In this document: in pieces, positions 9,377 to 15,838 of the stretch
Numbering within the stretch: position 1 is the first letter of the stretch
Layout of the letters: the number at the start of each line of letters is the position of its first letter
Origin: an uncultured Myxococcales bacterium
Lineage (GTDB): Bacteria; Myxococcota_A; Polyangia; Haliangiales; Haliangiaceae
Assembly: GCA_938004865.1 (NCBI GenBank)
Contig: CALKVT010000185.1
Coordinates: forward strand, 1-29,195
Length of the DNA: 29,195 bases
Direction: 5' to 3'
The notes under the pieces: generated by a model
The model's input: only the letters and a program-made list of their open reading frames with translations
What the model was told of the DNA's origin: nothing
The model's database searches: none
Translations under genes and position numbers: made by a program

Positions 9377-9461
9377 GGGTGGCTGACACCCCCGCGGGAT
9401 GTCGGTGTCAGCCACCGCCAGGGCTTCCGGTGGCTGGCACCGCCGCCGGTGGCTGACACCG
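9377..9461. repeat. cluster of four copies of CGGTGGCTGACACCG (13-bp core GGTGGCTGACACC), in both orientations
   Basis: Cores at 9378-9390 (+), 9404-9416 (inverted), 9429-9441 (+, one mismatch A to G) and 9448-9460 (+). They lie in the divergent intergenic region between 9326/9389(-) and 9520(+). Confidence 0.95.
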
Positions 9462-9519
9462 TAGACGGCGGGCCCCGGAGGCGGGTCGCCAGTCTCCGGC
9501 GCGACAGTCCGTCACGCCT

Positions 9520-10293
9520 GTGATCTCCAACGCTTGGCGGTGCGAGGGACTGGCAGGGACCTTGCTCTACGAATCGCCCGTGGACAGCGCCAGCGTGATG
9601 CGGGCGGCACTCGAGCTCTTCGGTGCCCGGCAGTACCCGGGTGTTGTCGCCGTCTGTCAGGACGCCCTCCAGGACGATCCCTCCAGCATCCACCTCCGAC
9701 TCCTCCGTGCTCGCGCGCTCATGGCGCTCCGCCGTGACGCCGAGGCCCAGACCGAGATCAGCGAGTGCCTGCGCCTCGAGCCAGGGCTCGCCCCCGCGTA
9801 CCGCCTGCTCGGCGAGCTGGCGGCGCGACGGGACGAGAACGAGTCCGCGAAGATCTTCTTGAAGGAGGCGCTGCGCCTCGATCCCGACGACGCCGAAGCG
9901 CGCGAGTGGCTCGATGTCGTCGAAGCAATGGTTCGGTCAACCGCGGCAGCGGAAAAACTCCCGGCGGCCGCTGCCGCGGTTGGCCATCTTTCTCCCGAGG
10001 CGCCGTACGCCCCGCGCGGAGGCGGGCGTCGCCCCCGCGCCGAGGGCACACGCCCGCCGCCGGAGCTGCAGCGCTCGACCCTGAGCCAGCTGCCGCTCGC
10101 GTCCGGCTTCGGCAACTACCTCGTCGAGACCGGCGTGCTCTCGCCGGTGCAGCTGCGCGCGGCGCTCGCGTACAAGAAGTCCACCGGCGTGCGCCTCGGC
10201 ACCGCGGCGGTCGCGCTGGGCTTCGTGAGCGAGCTCAAGATCGAGTGGGCGTCGCTGGCCTATCACGGGCAGCATCGAAGAGCCTCGATGTAG
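9520..10293 (+). CDS. TPR protein with a C-terminal MshEN / T2SSE_N-like domain (alternative ATG start at 9598)
   Basis: TPR-like N-terminal half (AYRLLGELAARRDENESAKIFLKEALRLDPDDAEA). The C-terminus FGNYLVETGVLSPVQLRAALAYKKSTGVRLGTAAVALGFVSELKIEWASLAY resembles the GspE/MshE N-terminal domain. Confidence 0.7.
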   Translation: MISNAWRCEGLAGTLLYESPVDSASVMRAALELFGARQYPGVVAVCQDALQDDPSSIHLRLLRARALMALRRDAEAQTEISECLRLEPGLAPAYRLLGELAARRDENESAKIFLKEALRLDPDDAEAREWLDVVEAMVRSTAAAEKLPAAAAAVGHLSPEAPYAPRGGGRRPRAEGTRPPPELQRSTLSQLPLASGFGNYLVETGVLSPVQLRAALAYKKSTGVRLGTAAVALGFVSELKIEWASLAYHGQHRRASM

Positions 10294-10331
10294 ATCCCGA
10301 TTTGCCCGGCTTCACGTAGAGTGGGGCCGTC

Positions 10332-11744
10332 GTGTTCGCGCCCGGGACGGTGATCGGCCAGAAGTACTGGGTCGAGCGTGTGCTCGGTGAGGGCGGCATG
10401 GGCGTCGTCATGGCGGCCACGCACCTCCAGCTCGGCCAGCGCGTCGCCCTCAAGTTCCTGCGCCCGGAGGCGATGAAGGACGCGGAGACCGTCGAGCGCT
10501 TCCTACGCGAGGCGCGCGCGGTCGTGCGGTTGCGCAGCGAGCACGTCTGCCGCGTCGTCGACGTGGGCAGCGAGAACGGCGCGCCGTTCATCGTGATGGA
10601 GCACCTCGAGGGGTACGACCTGGCGACAGTGCTGAGGCAGGGCGGGGCGCTGCGCGTGCCGGTCGCCGTCGACCACGTGGTGCAGGCGTGCCTCGGGCTC
10701 GCCGAGGCGCACGCCGCCGGCATCGTGCACCGCGATCTCAAGCCGTCGAACCTGTTCCTGACCCGTCGGCCCGAGGGCACGGCGCTGGTGAAGGTGATGG
10801 ACTTCGGCATCGCCAAGGCGCACGGGCGCATGGACGCGCGTCTCACCGACTCGGCGGCGATCATGGGCTCGCCGTCGTACATGGCGCCCGAGCAGCTCAA
10901 GAGCGCGCGCCACGTCGACGCCCGCGCCGACGTGTGGTCGCTCGGCGTCGTGCTCTTCGAGCTCATCACCGCGCGCCGCCCGTTCGACGCCGACACGATC
11001 GCCGAGATCGCGGCGAAGGTGACGCTCGATCCGCCGGCGCCCTTGCCGCTGAGTCTCCCGCGCGGCTTCGCCGAGGTCGTCCTGCGCTGCCTCGAGAAGG
11101 ATCCGGCACGCCGCTTCCCGTCGGTGGGCGCGCTCGCGCAGGCGCTCGCGCCCTACGGCTCGCCGGGCTCGCGCTCGCTCGCGGCGCACGCCGCCGATCT
11201 CGCCGGCGCGGGCCCGCACGTCACCGATCCGCTCGCGCGCGTGATGGGCGCCGTCACCCAGCCCCGCTGGAAGTCCGTCTTCTCGACCGGCACGCGCCGC
11301 CGACGCCTGCTCCTCGCCGGCGCGGGCGGCCTCGTCCTCGCCGGCACCGTGGCGCTCGCCCTCGTTCTCTCCTCGGGCTCGGGCTCGGGCTCCGCCTCCG
11401 ATCCGGGCTCCGGTTCGGCGTCGGCTGCCGAGCCCTCTGCGTCTGCGTCTGCGTCTGCGTCTGCGCCTGCGTCTGCGTCTGCGCCTGGGTCTGCGTCTGC
11501 GGTTCCGGATGCGTCCGCGGCCCCGGATGCGGCCGACCGCCCGGACGCCGGCACGCCCCTCGACGCCGCGCGCTCCTCCGATCGAGACCGGGATCGAGAC
11601 CGTGATCGCTCGCGCGACCGCGACCGCGACCGCCTGCCGCCGCCCGTCGACGCGGGCGCCGCCTCTCCTCGGCCCACGATCGACGCCGGCCGCTTCATCG
11701 ATCCCGAGGACAAGGACGGCGACGGCATCCCCGACCTCCGCTGA
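10332..11744 (+). CDS. eukaryotic-like Ser/Thr protein kinase with a TM segment and a low-complexity C-terminal tail
   Basis: Kinase motifs GEGGMGVV, VALKFL, HRDLKPSNLFL, DFGIAKA, SPSYMAPE and DVWSLGVVLFE. TM helix LLLAGAGGLVLAGTVALALVL. (SA)n and (DR)n tails follow. Confidence 0.92.
   Translation: MFAPGTVIGQKYWVERVLGEGGMGVVMAATHLQLGQRVALKFLRPEAMKDAETVERFLREARAVVRLRSEHVCRVVDVGSENGAPFIVMEHLEGYDLATVLRQGGALRVPVAVDHVVQACLGLAEAHAAGIVHRDLKPSNLFLTRRPEGTALVKVMDFGIAKAHGRMDARLTDSAAIMGSPSYMAPEQLKSARHVDARADVWSLGVVLFELITARRPFDADTIAEIAAKVTLDPPAPLPLSLPRGFAEVVLRCLEKDPARRFPSVGALAQALAPYGSPGSRSLAAHAADLAGAGPHVTDPLARVMGAVTQPRWKSVFSTGTRRRRLLLAGAGGLVLAGTVALALVLSSGSGSGSASDPGSGSASAAEPSASASASASAPASASAPGSASAVPDASAAPDAADRPDAGTPLDAARSSDRDRDRDRDRSRDRDRDRLPPPVDAGAASPRPTIDAGRFIDPEDKDGDGIPDLR
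11436..11501 (+). repeat. 11 tandem hexanucleotide units (TCTGCG, with CCTGCG/CCTGGG variants) inside the kinase CDS
   Basis: Read directly. Encodes SASASASASAPASASAPGSASA. Confidence 0.9.
11580..11633 (+). repeat. in-frame GAY-CGN dicodon repeat encoding DRDRDRDRDRSRDRDRDR
   Basis: Read directly: gat cga gac cgg gat cga gac cgt gat cgc tcg cgc gac cgc gac cgc gac cgc. Confidence 0.9.
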
Positions 11745-11758
11745 CCCCGGTCAGCGGA
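11737..11758. terminator. perfect 10-bp inverted repeat (TCCGCTGACC cc GGTCAGCGGA) containing the stop codons of both convergent genes; possible bidirectional terminator
   Basis: Arms at 11737-11746 and 11749-11758 are exact reverse complements. The kinase TGA is at 11742-11744 and the SWIM TGA (tca on the plus strand) at 11751-11753. There is no U-tract. Confidence 0.3.
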
Positions 11759-12632
11759 GCCGATCGAAACGCCGACCCGTTGGCTTCACCTTCGCCTTCA
11801 CCTTCGCCTTCACCTTCGCCTTCGCCTCCACCTTCACGTTCCCCGCGGTCTTCCCTGCGGCGACGCTCCGCTTGCGCGGCGCCGGCTCCTCGGCGCGGTC
11901 GTCGGCCAGCTCGATGCCGAACAGCGCGCCGAGGCCGCCGTCGTCGGCGCGGAGCACGCGCTTCGACTTCGTCGTCGCGCGGTCGGCGATGGGCGCGCCC
12001 TCGGCGACCGACGCCACCAGCGCGTCGGCCGAGACCTTGCGCAGCGTGAACAGCAGCTCGGGCGCGCGATCGAGCCGCGCGCCGACGCCGTACATCACCG
12101 CGGCGACGTGCTTGCACATCGTCGCGTAATCGGGGCAGCTGCAGTCGATCGCGATCTCCGCGGGCGTCGGGAAGAGCCCCGTCTTCTCGGCACACAGCCG
12201 CGCCATCACCGCCTCGGTCAGCTTCCCGGCCAGGAGGTCGACCAGCGAGCCGATGCTGCCCGCGCAGTCGCGCTGGATCGCGCGCCACGACGCTGGGGTG
12301 ACTGCCGCGAGCTCGACCGCGACGTCGTACAGCTCCGAGCCGAGCACCTGGGCCTTCACGCGGCCGGGCGTGATCGCCAGATCGATCACCGACCCGCTGC
12401 GCACGTAGCTGCGCCCGCGCTCGAGGCGATACGCGAAGTCCCGGTAACGCTCGATGTTGTCGCACCACGCCTTGCCCCAGAACGTCGTCGCGATCTGCCG
12501 GCCCTCGATCACGATCGGCGCCAGCGGCTGCCCGCGCCGGCTCGCGTCGCGCACCATCCTGGCCGCCTCGTCCTTGCGCTGCCCCACCGTCTTGCGCGGC
12601 GCCCAGCTCATCCAGTAGCGATCGAAGGCCAT
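11751..12632 (-). CDS. SWIM zinc-finger protein with a Lys/Ala/Val-rich basic tail
   Basis: ATG at 12632 preceded by GGAGAGGAGACGGT. SWIM signature CSCPDYATMCKHVAAV (CxC...CxH). C-terminal tail KVEAKAKVKAKVKAKVKP. Confidence 0.85.
   Translation of the reverse strand: MAFDRYWMSWAPRKTVGQRKDEAARMVRDASRRGQPLAPIVIEGRQIATTFWGKAWCDNIERYRDFAYRLERGRSYVRSGSVIDLAITPGRVKAQVLGSELYDVAVELAAVTPASWRAIQRDCAGSIGSLVDLLAGKLTEAVMARLCAEKTGLFPTPAEIAIDCSCPDYATMCKHVAAVMYGVGARLDRAPELLFTLRKVSADALVASVAEGAPIADRATTKSKRVLRADDGGLGALFGIELADDRAEEPAPRKRSVAAGKTAGNVKVEAKAKVKAKVKAKVKPTGRRFDRLR
11784..11837 (-). repeat. 12-bp tandem repeat (CTTCACCTTCGC x3 plus degenerate units) encoding the (AKVK)n tail of the SWIM protein
   Basis: Exact units at 11784-11795, 11796-11807 and 11808-11819, followed by variant units. 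Confidence 0.85.
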
Positions 12633-12670
12633 ACCGTCTCCTCTCCGTTCCTGCCGGCTCCTGCTCGCCG

Positions 12671-15379
12671 CTATCCGTCCGCCACGGCGCTCTTCAGATC
12701 GAGCGCCACCAGGTTCATCAGCTCCGCGTCCGAGAGCTCGGTCAGCTTGACCTCGTCCGTCCCCTCGAGCAGCTGGCGCGAGAGCCCGCGCTTCTCGGTG
12801 ATCATCGCGTCGATCTTCTCCTCGACGGTGCCGCGGCACACGAGCTTGTGCACCAGCACGTTCCGCTTCTGCCCGATGCGGAATGCGCGGTCGGTCGCCT
12901 GATCCTCGACGGCGGGGTTCCACCAGCGGTCGAAGTGCACGACGTGCGACGCCGCCGTCAGGTTGAGCCCGGTGCCACCCGCCTTGAGCGACAGGACGAA
13001 GAACGGCACGTCCTCGTCCTCCTGGAAGCGCTTCACCAGCGCGCTCCGCTCCTTCACCGACGTGTTGCCGTGGAGGACGAGCCCCGGCCGTCCGAACACG
13101 TCGGCGAGGAACGCGGCGAGCGGCGTCGTGGTCTCGCGGAACTGCGTGAACACGATCACCTTCTCCTGCTTGGCGGCGATGATCTCGGCGAGCTCGCGGA
13201 CGCGCGCGAGCTTGCCGCTGTCGGCCTCGTCCCACGCCCCGTCGCCCAGCCACTGCGACGGGTGGTTGCAGATCTGCTTGAGCCGCAGGAGCGACGCCAG
13301 CACCATGCCGCGCCGCTCGATCCCCGCCGACTTGCCGAGCTGCCCGGCCAGATCGTCGACGGCCTGCTGGTAGAGCGCCGCCTGCTTGCGCGACAAGCCG
13401 CAGTACGCGGTGACCTCGGTCTTGTCCGGCAGATCGCTGATGACGTTGCGATCGGTCTTGAGCCGGCGCAGGACGTACGGCCGGATGAGCTCGCGCAAGG
13501 GGCCATAGCCGCGCGTGTCGAGCCCCTTCGTGAACCGGGTGAACTCCTTGGCCGTGCCGAGCAGCCCCGGGTTGAGGAAGTCGAAGATCGACCACAGGTC
13601 GCCGAGCCGGTTCTCGACCGGCGTGCCGGTGAGCGCGATCCGCGCCTGCGCGTCGAGCGACTTCACCACCCGGGTCTGCTTCGCCCCCGGGTTCTTGATC
13701 GCCTGCGCCTCGTCGATGATGGCGAGCCGCCACGGCGTGGTCGTCAGCCACGGCGCGCGCCCGAGCGTGCCGTAGGTCGTGATCACCAGGTCGACGCCGT
13801 CGAGCGCCGGCGCCTCCGCCGACGCGAGCGTCGCCGCCGGCATCGCCGACGGGTGCGCGATCATCACGCGCAGGCTGGGGGCGAAGCGCTCGAGCTCCGC
13901 CGCCCAGTTGCCGACGAGCGACGCCGGCGCGACGAGGAGCGATCGCCGCTCGGGGCGCGGCGTGACGAGCAACAGCGCGATGACCTGCATCGTCTTGCCG
14001 AGGCCCATGTCGTCGGCGAGGCACGCGCCGAGCCCGAGCTCCGACATGAGGTGCAGCCAGCGCAGCCCGACCTCCTGGTACGGCCGCAGCTCGGCGCGCA
14101 GGGCCGGGCCCGGATCGACCGCCGCCAGCCCGTCCGGGTGACGCAGCGCTGCCAGCCGCTCGGCGAGCCACGGGCCCGCGACGATGCGCGCGTCGCCCGC
14201 GACCGCCGCCGTCGCCGCGTCGCCGCCGATCGCGGCGCCCGCGACCAGCCGCATCGCCTCGCCGAACCCGAGGCCGCCCTTCGCCATGCGCTCGACCGCG
14301 CGCAGCCTGTCGATCGTCGCGCGCAGGCGCTCGCGATCGATCTCGACCCAGCGCCCGCGCAGGAGGCGCAGCCCGTCGGTGCCGGCGAGGAGCGCCGCGA
14401 CCTCGTCGTCGGTGAGCGGCTCGCCGTCGATCGTCGCGCTCGCGCGGAAGTCGAGGAGCGCGTCGCGCCCGAGCCCCGCCGCCTTGCGCGCGCCCACGGT
14501 GGCGCCCGCCTGCACGCGCGCGGGGCGTCCGCCGCTCCACTGCGCCGGCATCCGCACCACGACGCCCGCCTGCTCGAGCTTGCCGACGTCGCCGAGGAGC
14601 TGGAGCGCGTCGTGTGGCGTCCAGCGCAGCGGATGGAAGATCTCCTGGCTCTCGACCAGGTCGGCGAGCCACGGGCACGCCTCGGCGGCGCGGCGCACCG
14701 GCGTGAGCAGCGCCTGCAGCTCCGCGGTCGCGCGCGCGCCGGCGTACTCGCGCAGCGCCTGCCCGAGCGGGACGTGCTGCGCGCGTCCGCCCTTGGCGAT
14801 GCGCGTCGTGTACGTGGCGAGGAAGGCGAACGGCGCCTCGTCGTCGCCCCTGTTCTCGGCGAGGTTGAAGTGCACGCGCCCGACCAGGTGCCACGCCCCG
14901 TGCTGCGCGCGCAGGAACGCGCCCAGCTTCCCTCCGGCCGCGGCGACGGCCTCGCGGAACGCCGCGTCGAGCGCGCGCCACTGGGCGGCGAGCAGCTCGC
15001 CGGTCACGTACTCGCCGCCCAGCATCGGCGGCGCGCTCGCCGCCAGCGCCGCCAGCACCTCGCCGTCGGGTGGGCGCAGCGTGTCGCGCGTGCCGTCGGC
15101 GTCCTCCTCGCCGCGCGCGCAGATGCCGGCGACGTAGCGCCTGGCCAGGTCGCGCCAGAAGCCGATGGACGGCGGCAGCTCCGTCGTCACCTCGGCCGCG
15201 CCCAGCTGCACGAGCCCGGCGCCGCCGCCGCGCGCGAACGCCGCCTCGAGCCGCGCGGCCACGTCCGCCGTGACGACGTCCGTCGCCTCGCCGGCGCGCA
15301 AGACGAGATGCCCGGCCGGCGTCACCGCGAGCGCGAGCCGCTGCTCGTCGGGTCGAGTCGTGGGGCGCGCCGTCGCCAT
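12671..15379 (-). CDS. SNF2-family DEAD/DEAH-box helicase with an N-terminal bacterial SNF2-associated region
   Basis: Motifs LADDMGLGKT (motif I), IIDEAQAIKN (motif II), LTGTPVENRLGDLWS, a helicase-C block (LSLKAGGTGLNLTAASHVVHFDRWWNP) and QATDRAFRIGQ. Confidence 0.93.
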   Translation of the reverse strand: MATARPTTRPDEQRLALAVTPAGHLVLRAGEATDVVTADVAARLEAAFARGGGAGLVQLGAAEVTTELPPSIGFWRDLARRYVAGICARGEEDADGTRDTLRPPDGEVLAALAASAPPMLGGEYVTGELLAAQWRALDAAFREAVAAAGGKLGAFLRAQHGAWHLVGRVHFNLAENRGDDEAPFAFLATYTTRIAKGGRAQHVPLGQALREYAGARATAELQALLTPVRRAAEACPWLADLVESQEIFHPLRWTPHDALQLLGDVGKLEQAGVVVRMPAQWSGGRPARVQAGATVGARKAAGLGRDALLDFRASATIDGEPLTDDEVAALLAGTDGLRLLRGRWVEIDRERLRATIDRLRAVERMAKGGLGFGEAMRLVAGAAIGGDAATAAVAGDARIVAGPWLAERLAALRHPDGLAAVDPGPALRAELRPYQEVGLRWLHLMSELGLGACLADDMGLGKTMQVIALLLVTPRPERRSLLVAPASLVGNWAAELERFAPSLRVMIAHPSAMPAATLASAEAPALDGVDLVITTYGTLGRAPWLTTTPWRLAIIDEAQAIKNPGAKQTRVVKSLDAQARIALTGTPVENRLGDLWSIFDFLNPGLLGTAKEFTRFTKGLDTRGYGPLRELIRPYVLRRLKTDRNVISDLPDKTEVTAYCGLSRKQAALYQQAVDDLAGQLGKSAGIERRGMVLASLLRLKQICNHPSQWLGDGAWDEADSGKLARVRELAEIIAAKQEKVIVFTQFRETTTPLAAFLADVFGRPGLVLHGNTSVKERSALVKRFQEDEDVPFFVLSLKAGGTGLNLTAASHVVHFDRWWNPAVEDQATDRAFRIGQKRNVLVHKLVCRGTVEEKIDAMITEKRGLSRQLLEGTDEVKLTELSDAELMNLVALDLKSAVADG

Positions 15380-15424
15380 GGGAACGACGCAGGATGCCAG
15401 ACGGGGCTGATCCCGCCAGCGTCG

Positions 15425-15499
15425 TGCGCAGGACAGGAGTCGAACCCGCTGCCTCCGAGGTCATTACTCTCGGCGCTCTTCCAGACGAGCCACCTGCGC
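15425..15499 (-). tRNA. non-canonical tRNA-like gene (9-nt anticodon loop, G at position 14); isotype not assignable, and it could be a tRNA pseudogene
   Basis: The reverse complement folds as GCGCAGG-TG-GCTC-GTCTGGAA-GAGC-G-CCGAG-AGTAATGAC-CTCGG-AGGCA-GCGGG-TTCGACT-CCTGT-CCTGCGC-A. It has a perfect 7-bp acceptor stem, 4-bp D stem, 5-bp anticodon stem, GGTTCGACTCC T-arm and 5-nt variable loop, with no encoded CCA. Confidence 0.6.
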
Positions 15500-15520
15500 G
15501 TGGGCCTCGCGGCCCGGTCG

Positions 15521-15838
15521 CTACGATAACGCCGTCAACCGGACCTCCCCGAGGAATTCTTCCGCGTGGGCGCGCCGTCGCTCGTGGTCGGCGAGCCACG
15601 CGCGCTGCACCTCGAGCGACGCGAACCGGCGCGTGCCGCCGTGAAGTCGCCCGTGCGCCGCGGCGCGCTCGACGTGCAGCACGTCCGCGTACCCGCGGAG
15701 CTTCGCGCGCAGCGCCTGCGCCTCGGGCGCGGTGATCTCGCGGAGCGCCCACCACGCGTCGTCGCCGTGGTCGTGGGCCAGCGCGCGCCGGAGGCCGACG
15801 ATCAGTCGGTTGATTCGATGCAACACATCCGTGGTCAT
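15521..15838 (-). CDS. hypothetical 105-aa helical protein
   Basis: The ATG at 15838 (MTTDVLHRINRLIVGLRR...) overlaps the upstream stop as ATGA. High GC3. The TAG stop lies 21 nt upstream of the tRNA-like 5' end. I recognise no family. Confidence 0.6.
   Translation of the reverse strand: MTTDVLHRINRLIVGLRRALAHDHGDDAWWALREITAPEAQALRAKLRGYADVLHVERAAAHGRLHGGTRRFASLEVQRAWLADHERRRAHAEEFLGEVRLTALS

Noticed and set aside
9429-9450. Sigma-54 promoter suggested by TGGCTGGCACCGCC
   Set aside because: It contains TGGCAC-like bases, but no TTGC element follows at the required spacing (GG-N10-GC). The match is better explained as a copy of the 13-mer repeat.
12848-15529. 893-aa plus-strand ORF antisense to the SNF2 helicase
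   Set aside because: Shadow ORF with a low-complexity Arg/Glu/Leu/Pro composition. The SNF2 motifs are on the other strand.
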